From the human T2T-CHM13v2.0 reference genome, Homo sapiens, in assembly GCF_009914755.1 (NCBI RefSeq), contig NC_060931.1: a stretch of 64,000 bases of DNA; one strand, written 5' to 3'. This document shows positions 35,801 to 60,299 of the stretch, piece after piece (the stretch's first letter is position 1; each line of letters opens with the position of its first letter). A program made the translations under genes and the position numbers. A model generated the notes under the pieces. It did no database searches, was not told where the DNA came from, and saw only the letters and a list, made by a program, of their open reading frames with translations.

Positions 35801-36453
35801 CCTGGGTCTCCCTAAGTGCTGGGATTACAGGTGTGAGCCACCGCGCCCACCCCGATTAATATATGTTTTAAAACACTGATTAGTCAGGCAACAACACCGG
35901 GCAGGGGTCTCCTCATTCCCAGTGATGCAAACCCCACTGCACAGCTGAGGGGTTGCAAGGGCTGCAGAACCAAAAGGCTCTGACTTGAGATGTCATTATT
36001 TTACTTGTATTTTTATTTGTATTGTGAGACAGGTCCTGCTCTGTCACCCAGACTGGAGTGCAGCTGTGCACTTACAGCTCACTGCAGCCTCGACCTCGGG
36101 CTCAAGCCATCTTCCTGCCTCAGCTCCCCAGTAGCTGGTAGTACAGTTGAGTGCCACCATGCCTGGTTATTTTTTTAATTTTTTTGTAGAGTGAGGGGTC
36201 TTGCTATGTTGCCCAAGCTGGCCTCAAACTCCTGACCTCAAGAGATCTGCCCACTTCAGCCTCCTGAGTAGCTGAAACTACAAGTACACATCACCATGCC
36301 TAGCTACATTTACTTAATTTTGAAAAATATTTTTGTAAAGAGCAGATCTAGCTGTGTTGTCCAGGCTGGTCTTGAACACCTGCCCTTAAAAGATACTCCC
36401 ACCTCTGGTTACCAAACAGCTGGGACTACAGGCATGAGCCACTGCAATGAGCC
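32846..36453. mobile_element. Alu cluster (32846-33139 +, 33720-34018 -, 34235-34401 +, 34970-35266 +, 35556-35850 -, 36000-36453 -) with a MER2/Tigger-like fragment at 34112-34230
   Basis: Alu consensus motifs; TSD agctgctacttt around 33720-34018; tacagtcgtccctcagtat is a Tigger-type terminus. Confidence 0.88.
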
Positions 36454-36549
36454 TGAAGAGATTTCTTTAATCTAGCATCCCATACTTGGTAGGATTGGGA
36501 AAGGCAGTAGTGTTTTTTTAAAATTACTTAATAATTTCAGTAACAGTCA

Positions 36550-37805
<1,256 letters not shown>

Positions 37806-37819
37806 TTTATGTTCATTTC

Positions 37820-38165
37820 TTCTTACTGCTGCAACATAGTTTGCAGTTTCCTACATTTAGTGGCTTAAAACACCACAAATCTACCATCTTACAGTTCTAG
37901 GGGCCAGAAACCCAAACTAGGTCTAGTAAGGCTAAAGTCAAGGTGTCAGCAGGGCTGCATTCCTTCTAGAGACTCTAAAGTGTTCCCTTGGCTTTTCCAG
38001 CTTCTAGAAGCCACCCCCATTCCTTGGATCATGGCCCCTGACTCCATCTTCAAAGCCAGAAGTGAAGCATCTTCAAATCTCCCTCTCTTACCTCTGCTTT
38101 CATCACCACATCTCCTGCTCCAATTCTGAATCTCCTACTCTCTTTCTTTTATAAAGACCCTTGTG
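37820..38165 (-). mobile_element. MLT1 (MaLR) LTR fragment
   Basis: tggcttaaaacac...cttacagttctagg...aaggtgtcagcagggctgcattccttct...ttccagcttctagaag. Confidence 0.82.
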
Positions 38166-38167
38166 AC

Positions 38168-38700
38168 TGCTGGGCATGGGGGCTCCCACCCAGAATCCCA
38201 ACACTTTGGGAGGTCAAGGCAGGAGGAACACTTGAGGCCCGAAGTTTGAAACTAGAATGAACAACACTGTGAGACCCCCACCTCTAGAAAAAAATAAAAA
38301 TAAATATTAGCCCGACATGGGGGTATGCGCCTGTAGTCCCAGCTACTTGAGAGGATGAGGTGAGACAATCGATTTAGCCCAGGAGTTTGAGATCAGCCTG
38401 GACCACATAACTAAATCTCATCTCTACAAGGACGAGGTGGGAGGATCACTTGAGCCCAGGAATTTGTGGCCAGCCTGGGCAACAAAAGAAGACCCCATCT
38501 GGCCAACATGGTGAAACTCCGACTCTACAAAAATGAGCCGGCACAGGTGACATGCATGTGTAGTCCTAGCTACTTGGGAGGTTGAGATGGGAGGATCACT
38601 TGATCTCAGAAGGCCAAAGCTATAGTGAGCTATGATACCATCACTGCACTCCAGCCTGGATGACACAGGGAGATTCTGTCTCAAAAAAAAAATAAAAGAA
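38168..38700 (+). mobile_element. Mosaic/compound Alu
   Basis: Several partial Alu arms joined without intervening poly-A tails. Confidence 0.88.
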
Positions 38701-38709
38701 ATATATATT

Positions 38710-40170
38710 TAATCTCTGTCCCTGGTTCCTGGCACAGAGCTTCTAAAGCTCTTACAAAGACCTCAGTGATAGATGTGACAGGAACATCTTTTGTTTTAAT
38801 ATTTGGTCTTGGTCCCAGGTTTCTAACACAAGAGCCTCTAAGAACTTTGGGATCTCCAGCATGGTAAGAATGCATTTGGGGATGTTGTTGAGATGACTGG
38901 GTGACTGCAAGCTCCTAGATTTCTTCAGGAGGAGGGCTGATTGCCAATGGAAGCATCCACATGATTAGACGCTTGGAACTTTCAGCCTCATGCACTGAAC
39001 TCCAGGAGGAAGAGGGGCTGGAGACTGCCTTAATCACCAATGGCCAAAGATTTTATCAATCATGCTTGCATAATAAAGCCTCCATAAACACCCTGAACAG
39101 GGTTTGTGGAGCTTCCGGGGTTGCTGAACACAGGAGATGCTGGGAGGGTGGCATGTTCAACAGAGGGCATGGGAGCTCTGTGCTCCTCCTAACTTACCTT
39201 GCCTTGGGCATCTTTCTTTTTTTTGAGATAGGGTCTGGCTCTTTTGTCCAAGCTAGAGTGGAGTGGCACAATCTCAGCTCACTGTAACCTAAGCCTCCCC
39301 AGTCCCCAGCTCAAGGTGTCCTCTCACCTCAGCATCCCTAGTAGTTGGAACTCTAGGTGCACACCACCACACCTGGTTATTATTTTTTTTTATTTTCTGT
39401 AGAGACAGGTTTTCACCATGTTGCCGAGGCTGGTCTCAAACTCCTCAGTTTAAGCGATGCTCCCACTTGGCCTCCCAAAGTTCTGAGATTACAGGCATGA
39501 GCCACTGCATCCAGCATGTACGTCTCTTTCATTGGCTGTTTCTGAAATGTATCCTTTGCAATGAACCAGTAATAGGAAATGAACTGGCCAGACGCGGTGG
39601 CTCACATCTGTAATCCTAGCACTTTAAGAGGCAGAGGTGGGAGGATCACTTGAGACCAGGAATTTGTGGCCAGCCTGGGCAACACAACAAGACCCCATCT
39701 ATACAAAAAATAAATAAGCCAGATGTGGTGGTGCAGGCATGTAGTCTCAGCTACTAGGGAGGATGAGGTGGGAGAACCACTGGAGCCCAGGCAGTCAAGG
39801 CTGCAGTGAGCTATGACTGCACCATTGCACACCAGCCTGGGCAAAAATATAAGACCCTCTCTCTCAGAAAAAAAGAAAATAAACTGTTTTTCTGAGTTCT
39901 GTAAACTGTTCTAGCAAATAATTAAACCCAAGAATAGAGTTATGGGAACCCCTGATTTGTAACAGGTTGGTCAAAAGTACAGGTGACAACCTAGGACTTG
40001 CCATTGGCATCTGAAGTGAGGATGGTCTCGTGGGACTGAGCCCCTAACTTGTGGGGTCTGTGCTAACTCCAGGCAGTGTCAGAATAAAATCATGGGATAC
40101 CCAGTTAATATTCAGAGCACTGGAGAATTTGGTGTAAAACTCCATACATACATTCAGTCAGAAGTGTGTG
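38710..40170 (+). mobile_element. MER21-like LTR interrupted by two Alus (39214-39514 -, 39586-39880 +)
   Basis: ggttcctggcacagagcttctaaa; ttggaactttcagcc; gagttctgtaaactgttctagcaaa; ggacttgccattggcatctgaagtg. Confidence 0.75.
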
Positions 40171-40259
40171 AGCAGAGACAAACACGGGCTTTTCTTTCAC
40201 CTGTCTACCTGCTTAACTGCATAGGAGAGGCAATACGTGGTGCTCATGAACAAAGCAAG

Positions 40260-40880
40260 CATTAAAGTCAGACCAGACCCAACATTCGACTCAGTCTTAA
40301 TATCCAGGTGAGCTTGGGCAAATCACTCATTATTGCTAAGTCTTCATCACTTCATTCATAAAATGGGGATAACTGTGGCACCTACCTGTGATTCTGTGAG
40401 AATTAATGAAATATTATGCTTGGTGTTATTGTGATAATTATACCTATTCCAAACTATTTGACAAGGACAGTGATGGATGACAACATCAAAAAATTAGAAA
40501 CTGTAGTGAGATCTCTCAGGCAAAATTCCATACAAGCAAATTACTGTCTCCACAAAGCATTCCTGCCACACTTAATTCACCATTCCCTGAACAAAATGTG
40601 CCATCTTCATTGTCCAGGTCTGTGCAGTGCTGGTTTCCCTGCCTGGGCAGCTCACTCCATCCCATTCCAGCCCATTCCCCATCCCTCCACCTCCCCCTTC
40701 CCTCCCCACTCTCATACAACTCTTCCTCATCTTTCAGGACTTGGCTTCAGTGTCACCTTAACTGGAAACTTCTCTCAGCCTCTGGAAGAGCTTCCCATTG
40801 CACTTGATGCATGCACTATTATTTGATCATTTTTGAGTTACAGTCCAAGTCTTTTTGTACCTGAATAACATGTTACCCAG
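40260..40880 (+). mobile_element. MIR and L2 fragments
   Basis: gagcttgggcaaatcact...cataaaatggggataa (MIR core); pyrimidine-rich L2-like segment. Confidence 0.65.
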
Positions 40881-41377
40881 TCAGTCTCTTTTCCTGGATT
40901 CAGAAGTCTTTCATGGTAGATTCAGCTGGAAGTGACAAATACATTCTTCCGAAATAAAGGGATGACACAAAGAGACATAAGTTCTTAAACGTCTTAAATG
41001 GTATGTGAAAATTAAACAAAATTCAAAGACTTGTGGGAACACTTAGAAGGAAAGTTACTGGGAATGTCATAAAGGGTTAATCTGTACTTTATTTTTTGAG
41101 ACATTATTTTTATTTGATTTTTAATTTTCTGTCACCTAGGCTGGAGTGCAGTGGTGCAATCAGGGCTCACTGCAGCCTCAACCACCTGGGCTCAAGTAAT
41201 CTCACTTAATTTTTATTTGGTTTAAGAAACGGTCTTGGTTGAGGGTGGTGGCTTATGCCTGTAATCTCAGCACTTTGGGAGGCTGAGAGAGGTATATTAC
41301 TTGAGGCCAGGAGTTTGAGATCAGTCTGGGCAATATATTAAGACCTTGTCTCTACTAAAAAACAGAGTGAATGTGCG

Positions 41378-42235
<858 letters not shown>

Positions 42236-42477
42236 TTCACCTGGTATTTCATCACAATCAACAGTAAGTGGTAGCTTGAGTCATTGTGAGGTCACTTCCT
42301 GGAAATCACCAGCATCCCATATCCCATTAGCAAGGAGCTCAGCACTGCTCCTTGGATAACCAAACCTATTCCCAAATCCCATCTATGTGGGTCTATCTCC
42401 TGGTACGCTTCCTACCATCAATTCTGTATTTGTAGGAGTCCAATCAGGAGAAACAAACCACTCAAAAGTTTAAACTA

Positions 42478-43513
<1,036 letters not shown>

Positions 43514-43519
43514 AAGTGT

Positions 43520-44440
43520 TAATCCCCCTAAGGGAATCTCCTCTTCTCCTGCCCTCTCTGGAACCTCACTTGTCAGTTCTTCCTCCCACTTTCCTGTATC
43601 TTTAACCTATCCCCCACTTTTAGCACCTTCCCACCATCATTTAAATTACTCAAACTTCTTGTTTTAAAAACCTCTCCCTCAACTCAGTGAGAGGTCTCCT
43701 GCACACCCATTGAGCCATCTGCTCTCCCTGGTTCCTTCTCTACAGAAGCCTGAGCCATGTCTCTAATCCATGAATCTCATCATGTTACTTCCCCATTTAC
43801 ATCACTTCTCCTTGCCTCGGGGATTAAGTCCAAACTCCTTAACAGCCCCTGCTCTGCCCTGCCTTGCAAGGCAGCCTCACTGCTTGCCCCTCTCCATTTC
43901 ACCTGCTATGGAGTCCAACTGAGCCTCATCTGCCCCCTGAATGCACACTCTTTCTCCTCTGGGAGTCTCTGAAGTGGGTGATATCCTCTGCTTATAATAC
44001 GCTTCCCCTTAAACCTCTACTCTCTTCCTGGCTAGCTTCAGCTCCTCTGTCACTTGTCTGCTTTGGCATCACCTCCTCATGGAAGACTTCCTTGACTCCC
44101 CAGATTCTCAGGAGCATGGCAGGTGAGATGCTCCTCCCATGAATGGATGGAGATTAGGGAGTGTGTGTTATTCATGCTTAATTCACCAGTGCTTAGCTCA
44201 GTACCTGGCACAAGTTACTGTGGTGGCCAAAGTAATAACCCCCCACCCTGCCAACTAATTGCTCATGTCCTATGTTACACAGCACAATTACATAGGAAGG
44301 GAGAATTAAGAGTGCAGATAAAATTAATGTTGCTCATCAGCTGACCTTAAAACAAGATTATCCTGGAGTATCTAGGAGAGCCCATGTAATTACAAGCATT
44401 CTTTAAAAGTGGAAGAGGGAGGCAGAAGGTTAAGAACCAG
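43520..44440 (+). mobile_element. L2 fragments followed by an MLT1 LTR fragment (44220-44440)
   Basis: L2 tail ccagtgcttagctcagtacctggcac; MLT1 motif cagctgaccttaaa...agattatcctgga...cccatgtaattacaag. Confidence 0.7.
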
Positions 44441-44446
44441 AGACAG

Positions 44447-46095
44447 TGGGCACAATGACTCATGCCTGTAATACCAATACTTTGGGAGGCCGAGTCAGGA
44501 AAATCCCTTGAGTGCAGGAGTTCAAGGTCAGCCATGGCAACATAGTGCGGCCCCATCTCTACAAAAAAATAAAAACAAAATTCACCGAGTGTCATAGTGC
44601 TTACCAGCTACTGGGAAGGCTGACGTGGTAGGATTGCTTGAGCCTGGGAGTTTGAGGCTACAATGAGCCATGATTGGACCACTGAACTCCATCCTGAGTG
44701 ACAGGGCAAGGTCCTGTTTCTAAAGAAAAAAAGGACATTGGAATCAGGGTCCCCTCCATCCTAAGGTGGCTACAAGGCATCTCTCTCTGCAAATGAGTAA
44801 ACATCATCCTCCAACTCCTCACAGAGTGAAGCAGCAGGAAAACTCCCTCACCTCATTTCTGTGCTGCTTGGGAGGCCTGGACACCCATAACCAGCACCTT
44901 GCTGATGAAGCAATTAGAAAATGGCTCCAGTTGAGCTAAGGAGAATTTGGCTCCTTCTTTTGGTTCTCAATAGGCAGGGTAGGGGCCAGGCATGGTGGCT
45001 TATACCTGTAATCCTTGCACTGTAGGGGGCCAAGGTGAGAGGACTGCTTGAGGCCAGGAGCTCAAGACCAGCCTGGGCAACATAGCAAGACCTGGGTGGC
45101 ATACACCTGTGGTCCCTACTTCTTGGTAGGATGAGGTGGGAGGATTGATCACTTGATCCCAGGAGTTTCAGGCTGCAGTGAGCCATGATCACACCACTAC
45201 ACTTCAGCCTGGGTGACAGAGCCAGACCATGTCTCAAAAAGTAAAAAAAAAAAAAAAAAAAAAAGAGAGAGAGGGAGAGAGACTATAGGCAGGTACCCCC
45301 ACATTTGGCTAATTTTTAAATATTCTGTAGAGACAAGGTCTTGCTAGGTTGCCCAGGCTGGTCTAAAACTCCTGGCATCAGGCTGGGCATGGTGGCTCAT
45401 GCTTGTTATCCCAGCACTTTGGGAGGCTGAGGCAGGCAAATCACCTGAAGTCAGGAGTTCGAGACCAGCCTGGCCGACATGGTGAAACTCTGACTCTATT
45501 AAAAATATAAAAATAAGCCGGGCAGTAGTGGCATGTACCTGTAGTCTCAGCTACTCAGGAGGCTGAGGCAGAGGTTGCAGTGGGCCAAGATCGCACCACT
45601 GCACTCCACCCTGGGCAACAGAGTGAGACTCTGTCTTAAAAAAAAAAAACAAAACAAAACAAAACAAAAAAAAACTCCTGGCATCAAGACATCTTCCTGT
45701 CTTAGCTTCCCAGTGCCCTGGGATTATATTGTTTCCTATAATTGAAGACACTCGTTCTTATACTGCTTTAAGGTATAAAGAAAAAAAAAACCATAATGAC
45801 AAATGTTGGTGAAGGCTGGGCATGGTGGCTCAGCCTGTAATTCCAGAACTTTGGGAGGCTGAGGTGGGCAGATCACTTGAGGCCAGGAGTATGAGACCAG
45901 CCTGGGCAACATGGTAAAATCCCATCTATAAAAATTAGCCAAGCATGGTGGCATACACCTGTAATTTTCAGCTACTCAGGAGGCTGAGAAGAGAGAATCA
46001 CTTGTGCCTGGGAGGTCAAGGCTGCAATGAACTGTGATAGCGTCACTGTGCTGCAGCCTGAGAGACAGAGCAAGCCCCTATCTAGAAAAAAAAAA
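44447..46095. mobile_element. Dense Alu cluster (nested AluJ/AluS/FLAM)
   Basis: Multiple Alu bodies in both orientations. Confidence 0.92.
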
Positions 46096-46950
46096 TGTCA
46101 GTGAAGATGTGGAGGAGTTGGAACCCACATACATTACTGGTGGGAACATTAAATCGTGTAAACACTTTGGGTAGTTCTGTTCTTTTTATTTTAATTGGAT
46201 TTTTTTTTTTTAAATCAAGACAGGGTTTCACTATCTTGCCCAGGCTGGTCTTGAATTCACGGGCTCAATTCTTCCCAACTGAGCCTCCTGAGTAGCTGGG
46301 ATTATAGGTGTGAGCCATTGCACCCAACTAGTGTAGCCACTTTAGAAAACAGTGTGGCAGTTTCTCAAAAGCCTAAATGTACAGTCATCATATAATGTGA
46401 CAATTTCACTCCTAGGCATATATCCCAGAGAAATAAAAATATATGTCCACACAAAAACTTGTACAACAGTCTTCATAGCAGCATTATTCATAATGGCCAA
46501 TACATGGTAACAACCCAAATGTCCACCAACTGATGAACAGATAAACAAAATGCAGTGTGTCTCTACCATGGAATATTGCCATAGAAGGAATGAAATATTG
46601 ATACACACTATGACATAAAGGCACTTTGAAAACACTGTGCTAAGAGGGAAAAAAAGCCACAAAAGATCACATATTGTACAATTCTATTTGTCCAGATTAG
46701 GCAAATCTATAGTGACAAAAAATAAATCATGGCTGCCTAAGGCTGGGGGCCAAGGCAGGTTGGGGGAGTAGGAGGTAGTGGCTAAGGGGTATGGATATGG
46801 ATTTCTCTAAAGGGTAATGAAAGGTTCTAAAAGTGACTGTGGTGATCAATGCACAGCTCTGTGAATATTCTAAAACCTACTGAATTGCAGATTTCAATAA
46901 ATAAAGTGAATGGTATGTGAATCATATTTTAATAAAGCTATTATTTAAAA
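46095..46950 (+). mobile_element. L1MB-type 3' end with an inserted Alu monomer (46199-46330)
   Basis: ccactttagaaaacagtgtggcagtttctc...gcagcattattcataatggcc...aaatgtccaccaactgatgaa...aataaagct. Confidence 0.85.
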
Positions 46951-46964
46951 TAATAATAATAGGG

Positions 46965-52927
<5,963 letters not shown>

Positions 52928-53494
52928 AATAAAACCAGCTTTTGTAAACAGAATTTGAAAATAGACATGTCTCCTGAAAGTTTCATCTGACTCTATGAAT
53001 TGAGTTCACATTCAAATGTCTGAGACACCAACTAAGTGAAGTAGCAAGGTGAAGTGCATAGAGAGGGCGACCTCTTTTCTGGAGGCCAGCGCGTTTCTCA
53101 TCTCCAGCTGATTGTCAATATATAGAAATGGAAATTCAGTATTGTCTGATCATGAAATTTTTCATAAAATGTTGGAAATTTTAATTTTTATCTGAAAGCT
53201 TCCAATGACTAAGTGATGACAATTACTTGAAAATGTTTCAAAACCCTCTCTAAAACTTGCTGTACTTCAACCAGATGTCTATTATCTTGCTGCATCCAAT
53301 CTCAGCTCTAAAGGTTTGCCTTATACTTTATGAATTCCACCTTCGCCTTTCATTTCTACTCACATTGTGTTCTCAAAAGCATATTACTGGAATAAAATTA
53401 CATGCTTGTGTCAGAATGTTATATTGACATTCATCTCCAAACACAAGTAACCTAGAAAAACAGTTTGCCAATGAGATGTTTTTTGAGATTGACA

Positions 53495-54186
<692 letters not shown>

Positions 54187-54902
54187 TAAATTTAGTTTTA
54201 AAAATTCATATTCTATTTTTGTATTTCAATACAAGGTTTTAAGGGGACTTTACTATATGATCTCAGTTTAAAACTTAATTAAACTCTAATATTTTATATT
54301 GGATTTATAATATATTTGACTTCCTTTTAAAATACTGTTTTGCAATTGTCTAATATAACAAATATTCCAAAGTAGATAAGCATTTTTATAAATTGAGTAA
54401 ATTAAGCTTATAGATATGAGAAATTTAAGTTCTTATATATTATAATATTAAATATAAATGTCATAATATTTCAGCTTAAAATTCTAAATCTTCATCAGCT
54501 ACTAAAATTTTAGTTTTTAATTTGGATTATAGTACTAATACATTAATATATATGAAATACTGACATATAGTTACAATGTTAGGTCAAAATATAGATTTTT
54601 TTAACAAAAATTATTAATTCCATGATTCAGATTTTCTTAAACACTTATGTGCCTAATACTAAATCTTGAGGTTAAAAAGATACTTCACGATGAAAGATAT
54701 TATTATGTTAGCTAAACAATTGTTTGTAACCTGGGCTGGCTGAGATTTTTATATACAACCAGAACTATAGACCATGGTACCTACTGCAGTGCTGTCTGAA
54801 ATGTCAAAAGAATACCAAGCCCTATTAATTATTCAGAATATAGAGGCGATATCCTACTTCTTAGGGCATGTATAGTTCACATCCCCTGGTTCAAATCACT
54901 AC

Positions 54903-55050
54903 TATTGCTGTGCTGGAGCTGGTCTATTTAGGTTCATAAGAAGTGATTGTTAAAATTTCAGGAATTGTGCAAGCCAATTGTTAAATCTGGCCATTATATA
55001 ATTATATAAACCTACAATTAAATAAATTGTATTAAAAACAAAAAAATAAG
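54903..55050 (+). mobile_element. MER63-like hAT DNA transposon fragment
   Basis: gtgctggagctgg...gattgttaaaatttcaggaattgtgcaagcc...tatataaacctacaattaaataaatt. Confidence 0.72.
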
Positions 55051-55429
55051 TTGGAGATACAGACATGAACAAAACATATGCACATAAACAAAGCAATTCC
55101 TGTCTTTTCATTTCACGGGGGATGGGATATGTTGGTCTCTTAAATCTGAGCCAAGATTTCTGAACCATTACCATCTCTGCTATAGAGTGACTGGTCCATG
55201 GTGGCCCTGGACTGGTTACTATGGGGTATGTATGGTTCTTCCTGTGTCCTTAAAAGGACAAGTGAGAGCTTCTGGAACCCCAGTACACCACACACAAGAC
55301 ACAGGAATGGGAAACTCTCTTTAGGCTCATGAGGTTGAACACTTTCTACTGCTGCTGGTCCATCATTATTCCACACTATTGCAGAAATGGCTGCATCTAG
55401 AATTTTCTTAGCTTTTTGTGCCCTTCATA

Positions 55430-55828
55430 TTCAAGAAAAATTATTCAGACACTGTTAAAAATGGTAAGGGAGATTTATTCAAAACTATTGTAAGAGGGGT
55501 CATGACTTAGCAATAAAGAAGAGAAATTGAGCTCAACTCCAAATACAATAAAGACAGGAGTTGGAAGTTACAGCCAACAAGCACAATGAAGCCATCAGTG
55601 GATGCAAAATTACTAAGAGGAGAGGGCAGAGGGATTCTTGCTAAAGGCAGGCTAAGGATTTAGACATCAAGGGTGAGAAGTGAAGAACTTGATCAGATAT
55701 CAAGGGTGAAGGATTCTCACTAAACTGAATTAGCAGGATTCTTATTAAAGACAGACCAAAGTAGAGGCTTAGTCAAGAAGGCTCAGAGGAGCTTAACTAA
55801 AATTTGGTAAAGGAGGAAATCTTTGTCA
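55430..55828 (-). mobile_element. MER31-like ERV1 LTR
   Basis: Ends ggctcagaggagcttaactaaaatttggtaaaggaggaaatctttgtca, the reverse complement of a tgacaaaga... LTR start. Confidence 0.7.
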
Positions 55829-57639
55829 CTCGTGCACCCAAGAAAGACAGCCATTAGCCCTGGAGTTCTTGAACTCTCCCATTCTCATCAGGATGTTTCT
55901 AGAAGCTTTAACAACCACAATAGAAGAGGATAAATGAGAACCCTGGTGCCTAACCTCTTATCTCTCATCCTGATCTCTTTATAACCCCTTATTCTAGAAA
56001 ATATGGGATTCATTTTCTTCTTTCAAGTCATAACTTCTTTTACCATGGGGCAGCAAGCCTCCTTGGAGAGCCGTCACAATGGATGAGGGATTTTTTGTTT
56101 CATTATAGAAGAAACTCTCTTTCTGATATCACTTAATATCTGTGAGTTGTGGGAACGATTTGTAACTAATAATTTCTGAAGTAAAAAATACATTACTTTG
56201 AAATCACCCAAAATTATTCTGAATACATATGCATTATGTCTTTAATGCCCACAATAATGATAATATTATTTCGACTAACTAAGGAAACCACAGCTGGAAG
56301 AAGTTAAATATCTATCTGGCTTCTGCTTCGAACATAGTTTTTTCTCTTTAGTATAATATTTTAGAGAATCATTGAAACAGTTTCTATTGACTTCAGTATA
56401 TTGACTAAAAGGCCTTAGCATGTTCATTTTGTAGAAATGTATTTGTAGAAATTTGAAGCTGAAAGTGGTAGAAGTTTCATTTATGGAAAGGCTAGATGGA
56501 ATGGGAAGGACTTTTGCTAATACTTCAGTGGCAGGATAACTTTCTGAGATATTAATTTGGGTTTTTTTCCCTCGATGTCATGAGGATTGAAACCAACGTA
56601 ATTCTGTGTCTTTATGTTAAACAATTCTGAGACTAGGCATACTTTCCTGGCTTAAAGAATACTGAAAACAAGTAAAAATAACTTAGCTATTTGCTCTAGG
56701 AATCACTGCTTTCAGAAATAATATTGTAAACCGACTAAAACAGCTTACCTACCACCCCAAACAGCTTATTTATAAGACTAATTTCATGACCCTGGCTTTG
56801 CTGTACCAATACATTTCAGTCTTGAAATACCCATCACAAAATCACACAACTCAGACCCTAAAACACTATGAATAAATGTCTTCTCCTGGCTTTCCACTCC
56901 TCATAATAGGTTAAGATGGAGTTCTCTCTTACAGCATTAAGTTGAATAAACTTAGTTCTGGTGACTTTTGGGGGCAGTCAACAATCCAAAGCTGTTAACA
57001 TACTAGAAAGGGAACAAAGTGTTTATTTTCTGAGTCTGACTCCCTTTACTCTGGGGGTTATAGTTGACCTTTATGTTTATGTAGAATAAAACATGTTTCC
57101 AAGAACTGGTAGATACCGTTCCCCCAGGCTTGCATACATTTTTCTTTAGGAATCTAAGCTCTCAGTGGTGAGGGAGACAGGAAATGAATTTGGGGAGAGC
57201 AACTGGAGGAATTTGGAAGAAAAGTGGAGTGGGCTAGACTTAAGCTCATTCTCCTGCAGCATCTAATACTGACACTGACATGAGATGTTGAGCAATAGGC
57301 CCTAGGGCCTTCAGTCTGAGAAAATATCTTTGTACCCTTGGCTGGGAGGGAGCAGAGGCACCCCATTCCTGGATAATTTTTGAATAGCTATCATAAGGAA
57401 AATGTCCTGCCCTAATTTTGGAAATTCACTTCAGGGTGTGGGGAGGGCTGTCCCAGGGCAAAACAGATTTTATTTCCCATGAACATGCAAAGAGGAGATT
57501 CACAGCTAGATTGAATTTTCTCTCTACTCCTAATGGAAAGTCTTTTCTCTACGCCAGGACAGGAGAGTCTGTTTCACTTTGCTAGTAAATATTTCCTTGC
57601 CTCTGTCTTTCTGTAAGAAACTTGATTCTCCTTAGATGA

Positions 57640-58177
<538 letters not shown>

Positions 58178-58217
58178 CATGCAATGTATTCTCTTGACAT
58201 ATGTATAAAAGAGGTTT

Positions 58218-58610
58218 CTGATGCAGGTGCACCCCAAAATTAGGGCTTAGCCTGGGAAGGTCCTTGGCTTTGCTCAGGAAAGAATTCAAGAGCACACTAA
58301 CAATGAAAGAAAGCAAATGTATTACAGCAATAGTGTACAGCAAATTGACCTCTCATAGGCACAGCAGCCCAGAGCAGCAGCCACAGCCACAGCCCCCATG
58401 GGCTGCCAGCTAGCTATATTTATACCCACTCTTAATTAGATGCTAATTAAGGGGTGGGTTATTCAGAATTTTTTAGAAAAGGGACAGGGGAGTACCCAGA
58501 GCCATATAGAGTAAGTTCTGGGTTGTTGCCCATGCTAATGAGGGGTGAGGACAATGAGTGGTCACTTTTGTCACCAGGTACCAGTTTTCTCTCTCTTTCT
58601 CTCTTTTCTT

Positions 58611-58656
<46 letters not shown>

Positions 58657-58722
58657 GCATCCTGTTTTAATCAGTAGGGTCATTACCAGTGCTCAGAAAA
58701 CAAGTCCTGTTGATCTACCTCA
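58218..58722 (-). mobile_element. Solo ERV1 LTR (MER4 group) inserted in the 117-bp array
   Basis: tga...tca termini; ttggctttgctcaggaaagaattcaagagc; 4-bp TSD-like tttc/tttg whose removal restores gtttctaag of the satellite. Confidence 0.75.
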
Positions 58723-58919
58723 TTTGTAAGAATATAAGTTGTCCAGTGATTCAGAACAATGATGTTCACTGTTCTTAACTCAATCTTGTAAACAGTTACG
58801 ACACATGTATAAAAGATATGTCTAACAGTGTTAGTTGCATATGTGAGTCAATGGTTATTTTGGTGAATGGAAGTGTGCACCACTCTCCATCTAATACATT
58901 CTATTGTATAGCACTTATA

Positions 58920-60299
58920 TTTTATTTTTGAAACATATTTTCATTGTATATATTTAAAGTGGACAATATGTTTTGATATACATATACACAGTGAAATGAT
59001 TACTGCAGTCAAATCTATTAACATATCCATGATTTCACGTAGTTACCATTTTTTGTGGTTAAGAGCACACATAATCTACTCTCTTCACAAATTTCCAGTA
59101 AACAATATTAACTGTAGTCCTCATGCTATATTTTACATCTGTAGATTTATTCATCCCACTTAACTGTTACTTTATACTTTTAACTTAATCTCCCCATTTC
59201 CCTTTCCCCTTTCCTGCCTCTGATAATCACAGTACTACACTCCGCTTCTGTGTATTCAACTTTTATTATTTTTTTTTTAGATTCCACATACAAGAGAGGT
59301 TATGTAGTGTTTTTCTTTCTGTGCCTAGCTTATTTCACTCAGTACAATGTCCTTTAGGTTTATCCGTGTTGTCAAAAATGGCTGGATCTCCTTTTCTAAG
59401 GCTGAATAATATTCAATTTTGTATATAGATATACACACAACCTCCGCAATTTTTCATCTATTTATTTCTTGGCAATTAGATTATTTACATATCTGGGCTA
59501 TTATGAATAATTCTGAAATGAACCTTGGAGTGCAGATCTCTCTACAAGGTGTTGATTTCATTTCCTCTGGGTATATACCCAGAAGAGGGATTGCTGGGTC
59601 ATATGGTAGTTTAATTTTTTTCAGCAATCTTTGTATTGTTTTCCATAATGGCTACACCAATTTACATTCTCATTAACAGTGCAAAAGGGTTTTTGTTTCT
59701 CTATACCTTGCCAACTTGTTATCTATTGACTTTTTGATAATAGGCTTTGCATTTGCCTGATGATTAATGATATTGAACACATTTTCATATACCTGTTGGC
59801 CACTTTTTATGTCTTCTTTTGGGAAATGTTTGTTTATTCTGGTACTTGGCCTATTTTTTAATTGGGTTTTTGTTTTTTTCTTTTTGCTATTGATTTTCTT
59901 AAATTTTTGGATAGTAACCTGTTATCAGATATGTGGTTCACAAATATTTTCTCCTAATCTGTAGATTGCCTTTCCATTTTATCGATTATTTCCTTTGCTC
60001 TGTAGAAGCTTTTCAGTGTGATGTAGTCCTACTTGTTTGTTCTTGCTTTCATTGCCTGTCCTATCAGAAAAATCATTGCCAAGGCCAATATGTATCAGCT
60101 TCTTTCCTATGTTTTCTCCTAGGTGTTTTACAGATTCAAGTCTTATGTTTAGGTCTTTAATCTGTTTTGAGTTGACTTTTGCTCTTGGTATAAGATAAGG
60201 GTCCATTTTCATCCTTTTGCATGTGGATATCCAGTTTTCCCAACACTAGATATGAAAGAGACTAAACTTTACCCATTGTGTCTTCTTGGTGCCTTTGTC
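58920..60299 (-). mobile_element. L1MA-type 3' end inserted in the 117-bp array
   Basis: ttgtatatatttaa...gtgaaatgattact...agattccacata...gggattgctgggtcatatggtag...gcatgtggatatccagttttcccaacac. Confidence 0.88.

Noticed and set aside
56680-56985. Possible additional ERV1-type LTR (aataaa followed by ...gcagtcaaca end)
   Set aside because: Too degenerate to assign family or boundaries by eye
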